Assembly (NCBI GenBank): GCA_049578105.1
Contig: JBAULI010000017.1
Coordinates: 3 to 64,002, forward strand
Reading direction: 5' to 3'
DNA: 64,000 nt
Source: Acidimicrobiia bacterium
GTDB taxonomy: Bacteria > Actinomycetota > Acidimicrobiia > Spongiisociales > ZC4RG35
How positions within the stretch are numbered: position 1 is the first letter of the stretch; each line of letters starts with the position of its first letter. The translations under genes were made by a program, and so were the position numbers. Below are positions 52,146-62,300 of this stretch, piece by piece. The notes below the pieces were generated by a model. That model made no database searches and was not told where the DNA came from. It saw nothing but the letters and a program-made list of their open reading frames with translations.

Positions 52146-53966
52146 TTGTTGCGCCGGGTGTGGTCCTATGGGAGGCCGTACGGAGCCGGTCTGGTCGGGG
52201 TACTCGTCACGATCCTCATCATCTCGGGGTTGGGGGTAGTGCCTCCAATCCTCATCCGGTCTTTGCTCGACCAGGCGATTCCGAACAAGGACATCGGCCA
52301 GTTGACATTGCTCGGTGCCGGCATGATCGCCGTTCCCCTGATCAACGCCCTCGTCGGGGTGGCACAGCGATGGTGGTCCTCCAAGGTCGGGGAAGGGATC
52401 ATCTTCGACCTTCGCCGAGAGCTGTATGGGCACCTGCAGAGCATGTCCCTCCGATTCTTCACCGCCACCAAGACGGGCGAGTTGATGAACCGTCTGAACA
52501 GTGACGTGGTTGGTGCCCAGCAGGCCATCACCGGCACGCTCGTGACGATCGTGTCGAACGTCGTCTCGGTTGCCTTCATCCTCGTGGTCATGTTCCAGGC
52601 CGAATGGCGGTTGACCTTGCTGGCTGTCGCCGCCCTGCCCTTGTTCGTGATTCCGGCACGCCGAGTCGCCAAGGTGCTCCGTCGAGTGACACAACAACAG
52701 ATGGAGCATCAGGCCAAGATGTCAGGGATACTCCAGGAGACGTTCAATGTCAGTGGCGCCCTCCTGGTTCGTCTCTTCGGAAGATGGGATGAGGAGGCCG
52801 ACCGGTTTGGAGAGCAGGCCGGCCTGGTGCGCGATCTCGGTGTCCGCCGCTCGATGGTGGGAAGGGGATTCTTCGCTGCCCTGGGGCTCGTCTCCGCGGT
52901 GGGGACCGCAGCGGTCTTCTGGGTGGGTGGCTTGATGGTCATCAGAGGTGGGCTCACCACGGGCACGATCGTCATGTTCTCCGCGTTGCTCGCCCAGTTG
53001 TACGGGCCTTTATCCGCCATTTCGAACTCGCGTGTGGAGTTCGCCACGTCCCTGGTCTCTTTCGAGCGAGTCTTCGAGGTTCTCGACCTGGAGACGGACA
53101 TTCCGGAGCCGATGAGCCCCGAGCCTCTCGCCCAGGCGAGAGGCAGGGTCGAGTTCGACGACGTGTGGTTCCGCTATCAGAGCGACACACCGGAGGGTCT
53201 CGACGCCGTCAGGCGCTTCACCTGGCGGGGACGTGGCGACGAGGGGGCCCCGGTGCCCCAGTCCTCGACTCGACAGTGGGCATTGAAAGATCTGAGCTTC
53301 ACCGCAGAACCGGGAACGCTGACGGCCTTGGTGGGCCCTTCCGGAGCAGGTAAGACGACCATCTCCTATCTCGTGCCGAGGTTGTACGACGTCACCAAGG
53401 GCTCGGTGCGCATCGACGGCCACGATGTGAGGAATGTCTCCCTGCGTGACCTGGCCGGCGCCATCGGCGTGGTGACCCAGGAGAACTACCTGTTCCACGA
53501 CACGATCGGGGCCAATCTTCGATACGCCCGGCCCGATGCGAGTCAGCAGCAATTGTTGGAGGCGGCGAGGGCAGCCAATATCGACGAGATGATCGGCCGT
53601 CTTCCAGACGGCTATGAGACGATCGTGGGCGAGCGGGGTTACCGGCTGTCCGGCGGCGAGAAACAGAGGATTGCGATCGCCCGGGTCCTTCTGGAGGATC
53701 CACGGATCCTGATCCTGGACGAGGCGACATCGCATCTGGATTCACGGTCTGAGGCACTCATCCAGGAGGCTCTGGAGACACTGATGAAGGGTCGCACGTC
53801 TTTGGTGATCGCCCATCGTCTCTCGACCGTTCGCAAGGCGGATCAGATACTGGTCATCGACGAGGGTCGGCTGGTCGAGCGAGGAACCCATGCCTCCTTG
53901 GTGGAGAAGGACGGTCTGTATGCCTCTCTGTACCGGACACAGTTCGTCGAGGCGGCGTCGGCCTGA
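52146..53966 (+). CDS. ABC transporter, fused permease/ATP-binding exporter (MsbA-like)
   Basis: Six N-terminal TM helices. Walker A GPSGAGKTT, ABC signature LSGGEKQRIAIARVLL, Walker B ILILDEATSHLD, H-loop. Confidence 0.85.
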   Translation: MLRRVWSYGRPYGAGLVGVLVTILIISGLGVVPPILIRSLLDQAIPNKDIGQLTLLGAGMIAVPLINALVGVAQRWWSSKVGEGIIFDLRRELYGHLQSMSLRFFTATKTGELMNRLNSDVVGAQQAITGTLVTIVSNVVSVAFILVVMFQAEWRLTLLAVAALPLFVIPARRVAKVLRRVTQQQMEHQAKMSGILQETFNVSGALLVRLFGRWDEEADRFGEQAGLVRDLGVRRSMVGRGFFAALGLVSAVGTAAVFWVGGLMVIRGGLTTGTIVMFSALLAQLYGPLSAISNSRVEFATSLVSFERVFEVLDLETDIPEPMSPEPLAQARGRVEFDDVWFRYQSDTPEGLDAVRRFTWRGRGDEGAPVPQSSTRQWALKDLSFTAEPGTLTALVGPSGAGKTTISYLVPRLYDVTKGSVRIDGHDVRNVSLRDLAGAIGVVTQENYLFHDTIGANLRYARPDASQQQLLEAARAANIDEMIGRLPDGYETIVGERGYRLSGGEKQRIAIARVLLEDPRILILDEATSHLDSRSEALIQEALETLMKGRTSLVIAHRLSTVRKADQILVIDEGRLVERGTHASLVEKDGLYASLYRTQFVEAASA

Positions 53967-53969
53967 TCC

Positions 53970-54344
53970 TCACGCACCCCTGGTGAGGTTGTCGATCAGC
54001 AACTGCTGGTCGGTGGCGAGTAGCAACACTTCCCCGTCGTGTGAGAGCCAGAGTCGTGGGCCGGCCCTGAGCCAGACGTTCTTGGGGAGTGCATCGAGGT
54101 TCTTGCGCTTCTTGGCGGTGGGAGGGGCATAGGCCAGAGTGCTGGCCGTCGGGCCGCCGAGCACGTCGAGATGACCGATGAGGTCATAGCTGCCAAAGAG
54201 ATATGCCATCGCCTCGGCCGAGTCGAGGGGTCCCGTATCGGAGAACCACTCGATCACTCCGCAGTCGGCGCACGAGGTGACTGCGACCCGTCCCATCCAG
54301 GTCGGTTTGTGCTCACACGATTCGGTCAACTTCATGTTGGCCAC
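53970..54344 (-). CDS. Hypothetical protein (possible Cys-rich / zinc-binding N-terminus)
   Basis: 124-aa ORF convergent with the ABC gene (4-nt gap). SCEHK…SCADCG cysteine cluster. No family recognised. Confidence 0.35.
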   Translation of the reverse strand: MANMKLTESCEHKPTWMGRVAVTSCADCGVIEWFSDTGPLDSAEAMAYLFGSYDLIGHLDVLGGPTASTLAYAPPTAKKRKNLDALPKNVWLRAGPRLWLSHDGEVLLLATDQQLLIDNLTRGA

Positions 54345-54419
54345 GCTACGACCAGGGTGTGACAGATTCGGCTGCGCTCGGCGACGAGACGTCGGTATCC
54401 GCCTAGAGCCCAGATCCGT

Positions 54420-54929
54420 CTATAGCTCGAGGGCCGGCATTTCCTGAGTGTCCTCGAATCGGGGACCGGGAACCAACAGGACCGGGAGATGAGACTTCTC
54501 CATCACACGAGCCGACACACTCCGCCAGGCTTCTTCGGTGAAAAGTCGGCGTGTCGCCCCCATCATCACCAGCTCCGCTCCCGTCGCTTCGGCGGTGCCG
54601 ATGATGGCCTCGGCCGGGTCGTCTCCCTCCACGAATCGCACCTCTGCCTCCATGCCGGACGCCCTCAGCGCGGCGACGATCGGCTGGACTGCCTTCTGTC
54701 CTCTCTCCTCGAGATAGCGGGCTGCCTTCGCCTCGGCGTCGGAGGAGCCGATCGGCGAGTCGTCGAGGAACGAACGGCGCACGTCGTCGTCGAGAGATTC
54801 GAGGAAAGACCGAGGGACCTGCACGACCGTCATCACCGTGACGTTCCCATGGTCGGAATGGAGACGCCCGCACAGGTCGGCTACCGGCGCCGCTGGAAGG
54901 ACCCCGGTCGTGGCGATCAGGATGCGCAC
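54420..54929 (-). CDS. Universal stress protein (UspA family)
   Basis: MRILIATTG… and the C-terminal ATP-binding motif …ELVMMGATRR… (G-x2-G-x9-G(S/T)-like). Confidence 0.8.
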   Translation of the reverse strand: MRILIATTGVLPAAPVADLCGRLHSDHGNVTVMTVVQVPRSFLESLDDDVRRSFLDDSPIGSSDAEAKAARYLEERGQKAVQPIVAALRASGMEAEVRFVEGDDPAEAIIGTAEATGAELVMMGATRRLFTEEAWRSVSARVMEKSHLPVLLVPGPRFEDTQEMPALEL

Positions 54930-54976
54930 CCGATCAAGATTAGGGTTTCCGGTCTGGCTGTGCCGTTAGGAGAGAC

Positions 54977-55474
54977 GTGGATCCCGAGCTCGTCAACAAG
55001 GTGACCTGGAAGATCCCGAACGCACTCGTGCTCATCGGGTCGGCTTCGGGTGAAGAGTGGAACGGCATGACGGCCTCTTGGGTCACTCAACTGTCGATGG
55101 AGCCGGTGCTGATCGGGGTCGGCATCGACAACAAGTCCAGGACGCATCGGCTGATCACCGAAGGGGGCTCGTTCTCGGTCAATCTCTGGCCATCGGACGA
55201 CACCCGGGTCTTCGTCAAGTTCTCCAAGCCCGCCGAGAGGGAGAACGACAGCCTGAACGGACGGCCGGTGACAGTGGGAAGGACCGGCGTCCCCATCTTC
55301 GACGAGTCTCTGGCATGGATGGAGTGCGAGGTTCGCAACACGGTGGACTTTGGCACTCACACGTTGTTCGCAGGCGAGGTGGTAGACGCCGGCATCAACG
55401 ACGAGGAGAGGGATGCGGCGTCTCTCTCCGACACGAGGATGAAGTACGGCGGGGTCAAGAGGGGCGGTCACTGA
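54977..55474 (+). CDS. Flavin reductase-like (FMN-binding split-barrel) protein
   Basis: …ALVLIGSASGEEWNGMTASWVTQLSMEPVLIGVGI…GGSFSVNL… is the typical flavin reductase domain. Confidence 0.8.
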   Translation: MDPELVNKVTWKIPNALVLIGSASGEEWNGMTASWVTQLSMEPVLIGVGIDNKSRTHRLITEGGSFSVNLWPSDDTRVFVKFSKPAERENDSLNGRPVTVGRTGVPIFDESLAWMECEVRNTVDFGTHTLFAGEVVDAGINDEERDAASLSDTRMKYGGVKRGGH

Positions 55475-55494
55475 CCAACCCGGTGAGGAGTGAG

Positions 55495-56271
55495 ATGCAG
55501 ATTTCGGTGGAGGGAAAGGTCGCAATCGTCACCGGCGCCAGTCGTGGGATCGGTATGGCGACGGCGCTCGAGCTGGCGATGAGTGGGGCGAGTGGCGTGA
55601 CCATCACCTCGCGGAAGCCGGAGAACATCGAAGCGGCCGCATCCGAGCTGTTCGAAGCCGGAGTCGACCCGGATCGACTGCTGGCTCTCCCGGCGAGAGC
55701 GGACTCGGAGGAGGCGGCTGAGGCAACCGCCAAAGCGACGGTCGAGCGCTTCGGGTCATGTGACATCCTCATCAACAACGCCGGGACGAACCCGTCGGCC
55801 GGAGCGCTGATGGATGTCGACATGGGGGCCCTCGACAAAACATGGGCTGTCAATCTCCGCGCTCCCTTGCTCTGGGCACGCGCGGTCTATCGGGCATGGA
55901 TGGAGAAGCACGGAGGATCGATCGTCAATGTCGCATCGGTCGGAGGTTTGCGGGCCATGCCCATCACCGGCGCCTACAACATATCCAAAGGCGGCCTCGT
56001 GCACATGACCCGGCAATTGGCCCTCGAATTGGCTCCCACGATTCGGGTCAACGCCGTCGCACCCGCCGTGGTGAAGACGCGCCTCTCGGAGATGCTGTGG
56101 CAGAACGAGGAGATGGCTGCGCGAACCCATCCCCTGAACCGGCTCGGCACGCCTGAGGATGTGGCGCGTGCCATCGTCTTTCTCGCATCTGACGCGGCGG
56201 ATTGGATGACGGGCGTCATCCTGCCGGTTGACGGTGGTGTGACAGAAGCGTCTTCGGCCGGCATCTCCTGA
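55495..56271 (+). CDS. SDR family oxidoreductase
   Basis: GKVAIVTGASRGIG (TGxxxGxG), NNAG, catalytic S…YxxxK (…YNISKGG…). RBS GAGGAG before the ATG at 55495. The longer track ORF from 55057 is rejected. Confidence 0.85.
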   Translation: MQISVEGKVAIVTGASRGIGMATALELAMSGASGVTITSRKPENIEAAASELFEAGVDPDRLLALPARADSEEAAEATAKATVERFGSCDILINNAGTNPSAGALMDVDMGALDKTWAVNLRAPLLWARAVYRAWMEKHGGSIVNVASVGGLRAMPITGAYNISKGGLVHMTRQLALELAPTIRVNAVAPAVVKTRLSEMLWQNEEMAARTHPLNRLGTPEDVARAIVFLASDAADWMTGVILPVDGGVTEASSAGIS

Positions 56272-56274
56272 GAT

Positions 56275-57420
56275 ATGGTCTCGAGCCATCCCGAGCCCGA
56301 ACCCGACCTGGCCCTGGCCTATCTCACCGGGCAACGTCCCGACCGGGCTCTCTTCGATCATGCAGGGGCGCTGCGCGACGAGGGAAAGGGTCGCGTGGTC
56401 ACATACAGCCGCAAGGTGTTCATCCCACTCACGACGCTTTGCCGCGACCGTTGCACATATTGCACGTTCGCCAAGCCACCTGGAGCGGGCGGGACTTATC
56501 TGGATCCGGGCGAAGTCTTGGCAGTGGCCCGGGCCGGAGATGAGCGTGGGTGCACCGAGGCGCTCTTCACGCTCGGTGATCGCCCCGAGCAGCGGTGGCC
56601 GCAGGCGAAGGAATTCCTCGCTGAGCGCGGCATGACCTCGACCATCGAGTACGTCGCTGAGATGTCGGCTCTCGTCAGGGATGCCACGTCCTTGTTCCCG
56701 CATGCCAACCCGGGGGTTCTGGACGAGGATGACTTCGTCTTGCTCAGGCCGACGAACCCGTCGATGGGGATGATGCTCGAGAACATCTCGGAGCGGTTGC
56801 TCGAGACCGGCATGCCTCACCACGGGTCGCATTCGAAGCATCCGTCGCAGCGAGTGGCGACCATCGAGGCCGCCGGACGGGCGAAGGTGCCATTCACGAC
56901 AGGGATCCTGGTCGGAATCGGTGAGACACCCGATGAGATCGTCGACTCGTTGTTCGCCCTGCGGGATCTCCGGGATTCCACCGGTGCGATACAAGAGGTG
57001 ATCGTCCAGAACTTCCGAGCAAAGGCCGACACGCCGATGAGAAGATCGGCGGAGCCGGTTCCTCGGTGGTTCTCTCGTGTAGTCGCCTTGACCCGGTGGA
57101 TCATGGGAGCCGAGGCCAATGTCCAGGTGCCGCCAAATCTCACCGAGAACTTCGAGATCTATCTGGCAGCGGGAATCAATGATTGGGGCGGTGTATCGCC
57201 TCTCACCATCGACTGGGTCAACCCGGAGGCTCCGTGGCCACACCTGGACGAATTGGCGGGGAGGACGACGGCGGCCGGGCATGAGCTGCGGCCTCGTCTT
57301 CCGGTCTACCCCGAGTACATCACGACGGAATGGCTGGCCCCCGAGTTGTACCAAGATGTGACCTCAGCGGTGGACCGCGACGGTTTGGCCAGGACTCAGA
57401 CAGTGTCAGGAGTGAAATGA
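56275..57420 (+). CDS. cofG: FO synthase subunit 1 (7,8-didemethyl-8-hydroxy-5-deazariboflavin synthase), radical SAM
   Basis: …YSRKVFIPLTTLCRDRCTYCTFAKPP… (CxxxCxxC) and the CofG pattern. F420-related context (PPOX-class F420 enzyme elsewhere in the window). Confidence 0.85.
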   Translation: MVSSHPEPEPDLALAYLTGQRPDRALFDHAGALRDEGKGRVVTYSRKVFIPLTTLCRDRCTYCTFAKPPGAGGTYLDPGEVLAVARAGDERGCTEALFTLGDRPEQRWPQAKEFLAERGMTSTIEYVAEMSALVRDATSLFPHANPGVLDEDDFVLLRPTNPSMGMMLENISERLLETGMPHHGSHSKHPSQRVATIEAAGRAKVPFTTGILVGIGETPDEIVDSLFALRDLRDSTGAIQEVIVQNFRAKADTPMRRSAEPVPRWFSRVVALTRWIMGAEANVQVPPNLTENFEIYLAAGINDWGGVSPLTIDWVNPEAPWPHLDELAGRTTAAGHELRPRLPVYPEYITTEWLAPELYQDVTSAVDRDGLARTQTVSGVK

Positions 57421-59276
57421 GCATCACCTTTCTCAGGATTCGACCGGCCGAGGGTCTTGCCGAGCCGAGTGCCACCAGCCGTGTCCGGGAGGGGACGACT
57501 GCCGTCGAGATGGCCGGGCCAACTGCGCTCGAGGTCGAGGCGGGTCACGGAGCCGGTTTGTTGGTGGTGTCCAACACGGTCTCGGACGTGGAGCCGGCCG
57601 GCTGGGTGGTGACGCCGGCAGGCGCCATCGAGCTTGCCGACCGTGGGGTCCCTGGATGGCGCATGACGGTGATCCACGAGGGAACCGACGAAGAGGTCCT
57701 GAATGCCCTGGCCAGATCACGAGCCAGATTTCTGCGGTCATCGAGGTCAGGTGTGCGAGAGTCTGCCGCCATCGCTGGATTGCCCGGTTTGTGCTGTGAG
57801 GTGTCGGTGTTCGTCGACGAGGTCGAGCACGCAGTGAGAGCCGTGGAGGCAGGGGCGACCGATCTCCTGCTCAGGGACTGGGACGTGGAGCGGATCGGTG
57901 AGTTGAGACGGGCCCTCGGGTCTCGGGGCCTGGTCGAGCGCACCGTCTTCCCGCTGGCAGTCGAAGTCGACGAGGCGCGATCGAACCTGGCGGCGTCGTG
58001 TCTTTCTGCCTGGATGAGGCAAACCGACGGGTCGGGCGCAGCCCGGCCACGTCACACCTGGGCGCCAGGCAAGGATCTCGCTCCGCCGGTGCCGGAGCAC
58101 CGGTTCTCTGCCGAGTGGCTCGATCGACGCTGGGAGGAGGGTCGGGCGAAGGAGTATCCCGAGAGTGCCGGCCGGCTGGCAGAGATACTCGATCGGTCTC
58201 TCGAAGGGATCGCGCCGACCGAAGCGGAGATCGAGCGTCTCTTTCGGGCCAGAGGAGATCAGGTCGATGCCGTGGCCCATGTCGCCGATGAGTTGAGGCG
58301 ACGTGCCAACGGAGACGTCGTCACCTTCGTGGTCAATCGAAATATCAACTACACCAACCTGTGCTATTTCCGATGTGGGTTTTGTGCCTTCTCGAAGGGC
58401 CCACGCAGCCTCAACCTGCGGGGAGAACCGTATCTCATGGGTCTCGACGAGATCGTGGACCGGGCGGTGGAGGCGTGGGGCCGAGGGGCAACCGAGGTGA
58501 CCCTCCAGGGGGGGATCCATCCCGACTTCACCGGCAACTTCTATGTAGACGTCGTCAGGGGGATCAAGTCGGCTCTACCCGACATGCATATCCATGGGTT
58601 CACTCCCTTGGAGGTCTGGCAGGGTGCCGAGACACTGGGGATTTCTGTCCGCCGGTTCCTGACCGAGCTGAAGGAAGCCGGATTGGGGACGCTTCCGGGA
58701 ACGGCGGCCGAGATCCTCGATGACGAGATTCGCGTCCACCTCTGCCCCGACAAGATCCGGACCTCGCAGTGGGCCGAGGTGATGATGACCGCCCACGAGC
58801 TCGGTCTGAGGGCCACATCGACGATCATGTTCGGCCATATCGACCATCCGCGAGCGTGGGCTCGCCATCTGGAGGTCGTGAGGCAAATCCAGCGGCGCAC
58901 GGGTGGATTCACGGAGATGGTCCCGCTCCCGTTCGTCCACATGGGCTCGCCGATATACCTCCGTGGCCGATCACGTCCTGGCCCGACATGGGATGAGGTG
59001 GTGCTCGTTCACGCCGTCTCCCGTATCGCATTGGACGGCCTGGTGCCCAACATCCAGGCTTCCTGGGTGAAGTTGGGCCTCGATGGGGGCCGTCGTCTCC
59101 TCGACGCCGGGTGCAACGACATGGGTGGGACGCTGATGGGGGAGATAATCACGAGGTCTGCCGGGGCCGAGCACGGCCAGGAGATGGCGCCAGATCAATT
59201 TCGCGAGGCGATCCGGGCTGCGGGCCGGCAACCGGCCCTGAGGAACACCACATACGAGATCCTGCAACGAGCCTGA
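57417..59276 (+). CDS. cofH: FO synthase subunit 2 (CofH, radical SAM) with an about 245-aa N-terminal extension of unknown function
   Basis: ATG overlaps the cofG stop (ATGA). The CofH core starts around residue 250 (…VVTFVVNRNINYTNLCYFRCGFCAFSKGP…). The N-terminal 245 aa (MSITFLRIRPAEGLAEP…) has no recognisable radical-SAM motifs. Confidence 0.8.
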   Translation: MSITFLRIRPAEGLAEPSATSRVREGTTAVEMAGPTALEVEAGHGAGLLVVSNTVSDVEPAGWVVTPAGAIELADRGVPGWRMTVIHEGTDEEVLNALARSRARFLRSSRSGVRESAAIAGLPGLCCEVSVFVDEVEHAVRAVEAGATDLLLRDWDVERIGELRRALGSRGLVERTVFPLAVEVDEARSNLAASCLSAWMRQTDGSGAARPRHTWAPGKDLAPPVPEHRFSAEWLDRRWEEGRAKEYPESAGRLAEILDRSLEGIAPTEAEIERLFRARGDQVDAVAHVADELRRRANGDVVTFVVNRNINYTNLCYFRCGFCAFSKGPRSLNLRGEPYLMGLDEIVDRAVEAWGRGATEVTLQGGIHPDFTGNFYVDVVRGIKSALPDMHIHGFTPLEVWQGAETLGISVRRFLTELKEAGLGTLPGTAAEILDDEIRVHLCPDKIRTSQWAEVMMTAHELGLRATSTIMFGHIDHPRAWARHLEVVRQIQRRTGGFTEMVPLPFVHMGSPIYLRGRSRPGPTWDEVVLVHAVSRIALDGLVPNIQASWVKLGLDGGRRLLDAGCNDMGGTLMGEIITRSAGAEHGQEMAPDQFREAIRAAGRQPALRNTTYEILQRA

Positions 59277-59306
59277 GGCCGGCGCCCGGCTCCAAGCGAA
59301 GGGGTG

Positions 59307-62300
59307 TCAGCCTCGGTAGGTGAGCCCTCTGGGAGCTGTCGCAAAGCCCCATTCGGCCAGGGTCGGGGCCAGGCTCGACGTGGGCGCCGGCTGACCGTTG
59401 ACAGTGTTGACCGTGGTCCGTCGGTGCCGCTGAGCCACCTCCGCGAGGGAGCGCGCCAGATGATCGTGTAGCCCATTGTCCGTCTGGAGGACGGTGAGGT
59501 TGCGACGTCCTCGATCGAGATAGGCCACGAGGTCGCCTTCAGCCAAGAGCACGTATGCTCCGGCGTCGCGTGCCAAGCGCGCCTCAGGAACGTCGGGCCA
59601 GGGGAGTATGGACCCGTATGGGTTGGCCGGATCGGTGGCCGCCAGAACGACCATCCCGTTGTCGGGACCGGAGCGAAGACGGTCGACCGCACCTGGAAGG
59701 GCGAATTGGGAGCCACCCAGTCCCTCGACGAAGTAGCCCCTACGCACTCTCCCCGTCTCTTCCATGTGCGAGTACACGGGATAGAGGGCGCTGAAGCCAC
59801 CGGGGTAGCCCTCAGCCAGGACAACAGGGCGTGACACGACACCATGACGCTCGAGCAGGAGCTGTGCCCACGTGGCATGTCGCTCTGTCTCGGCGACACC
59901 GTCATTCACCAGGTGCTTGGTCAAGGACCATCGGCCCCCGGCATGGGTGGGGAATTGCGATGCCAGTGCACGACGACCCCTACTGCGGCCACTTCCCCCT
60001 CGTATGAAGGCGCGAACCGGTTCCATCGTGTCGTTGGTGATATGACCTGCCCACACCAAGTCCCAGAGGGCAGTGAGAGTGAGCTCCGGGTCCCCGCCGC
60101 CACAGCCGACGTAGATGTCGCGGAAGAAGCTGGCGCCACGAGTCTCCAGGAACTCGACGATGGCCTCGGAGGTCTCGCTGTCGATCTCTGCCACCGGGCC
60201 CCTCCAAAGAGATCCGAGGATCGAACGTGGATAGAGAGCCAGCTTTCCGTCGTTGACTCCGAGGGCACCATGACCTATCCAGACCAGATCGCCCTGTAGT
60301 AGGAGCCGGTCGAGGTGTTGCGCAGGTTCGGAGACCCGGGTCGAGAGGACGTCTCTCTCCAGGACGGACGCCGGGAGCACGGCGCCCGTGAGAAGCCGAG
60401 CCACCTCGGTGAAGGCGCTGGTCCCGGTCGGTGGATTGCGGCGTATCCCCTGCCAATCGATGAGAAATTCCGTGAAGGCGGTGGTTGTGACCGGCTCGAT
60501 CTCCTTCCGGAGCAGCGCCAGCGAGCGACGCTTCAAACGGCGAAGCACCTCGCGATCGACCCACTCTCGACCCTCGCCACCGGGACGGAAGGCACCGAGC
60601 TCGATGCGACCCTGCTGCGCCAATCTCGTCAGGATCTCGTCGACGACACCCATCGGGAGGGCGAGGGTTCGTGCGGCGTCGGCCGTGGAGAACGGCCCGT
60701 GGGTGCGGGCGTAGCGTCCGACTACGTCACCCAAGGGATCGTCCACGGGCTCGAGGAACACGTGGGCGACACCGGGTGGAGGTTGGACGCCGAGCGCATC
60801 GCGCAGGCGAGAGAGGTCCTCTGAGGCCACCCATCGGGTTTCGCCCCCGATCGTGACCTGATTGACCCGTCCTTGGGACTCGAGGTCGGCAAGGGCCCCA
60901 TCGATGTCGACTCCCTCACAACGGAATGCGATCTCTTCGAGTGGCAATGGACCGAGATCCCGGAGGAGGTCATGGATCCCGTCGGAACGAGTGACCCGCC
61001 TGCTCTCGGTCAGGTGCTGCAATTCCAGCTCCACGCCGGCCACCACCTCGGGATCGATCAATTCACGCAGCTCGCCTTCACCGAGAAGCTCTCGGAGCAG
61101 CTCACGATCGAGGGTGAGTGCCGCAGCACGACGTTCGGCGAGAGGGGCATCGGCCTCATAGAGATAGGCGGCGATGAACGAGAAGAGGAGTGATGAGGCG
61201 AATGGGCTCGGTGAGTCCGTCTCGACCGAGACGACGCGAATCTTGCGCGATCTGATGTCGGTCAGGATGTCGATGAGAGAAGGTACGTCGAAGTCGTCCT
61301 GGAGGATCTCGCGGTAGACCTCGAGCATGATTGGAAACGAGCCGAATTGCTTGGCCACTCCGAGGAGATCGGCCGAGCGGCGTCTCTGGAGCCAAAGTGG
61401 CGTCCTCTCGCCGGGGCGCCGGCGAGGGAGCAACAGCGATCGGCCGGCGGCCTCCCTGAAGCGCGCCGCGAACAGGGCGGTGTCGCCGAGATGATCGGTG
61501 AGGATCGACTCCAACTCCTCCGGCTCCGGCAAGAGCTGGTCCGCCCCCGGGGCCTCATCTGTGTCCGGAAAGCGAAATGCAATCCCATCGTCCGACCAGA
61601 TGACGTCGACATCTGTGCCGAAACGGCCCCTGAATACATGACGGAGAGTCATCGCCCATGGGGCGTGGACGCGCGCCCCGAAAGGTGAGAGCAGGACGAT
61701 CCTCCAGTCTCCGATCTCGTCGCGGAATCTCTCGACCACCACGGTGCGATCGGTGGGCACCGTCCCGGTCGCCTCCTTTTCCTCGGCGACGTAGGCGACG
61801 AGGTTCGACGCGGCGAACTCATCCAGACCGTGGTCGGCCCGGAGCCACCCTTCTGCCTCTTCTCGCCCCATTGCCGACAATTCGCGGGTGAACCGGCCAA
61901 CCGCCATGCCGGTGTCCAGAGGACGTCCCAGCATGTCACCGTGCCAGAAGGGCATCTTTGCCGCCGACTCACCGGGGGCGGGCACCACCTCGACCCGGTC
62001 GTGATCGATGCGCGTGATTCGCCAGGCCGTGCTGCCGAGCAGGAAGACGTCGCCCTCCCGGGACTCATAGACCATCTCTTCGTCCAACTCGCCCACGCGA
62101 CTCCCATCGGGCAGCGTGACCCGGAACAGGCCGCGGTCGGGGATCGTCCCGGCATTCGTCACAGCCAACTGGAGGGCGCCGGGCCGGGCGCTGACCTCAC
62201 CGGTGACCCTGTTCCAATTGATGCGAGGCCTGAGCTCGGCGAAGAGATCGGACGGGTACCGTCCGGCCAGCATGTCAAGGGTCTCGTCGAACACCTTTCG

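Noticed and set aside
55057-55494. N-terminal 146-codon extension of the SDR ORF
   Set aside because: The extension is Arg/Gly-rich, overlaps the flavin reductase gene, and a good RBS (GAGGAG) precedes the internal ATG at 55495 where the Rossmann motif begins.
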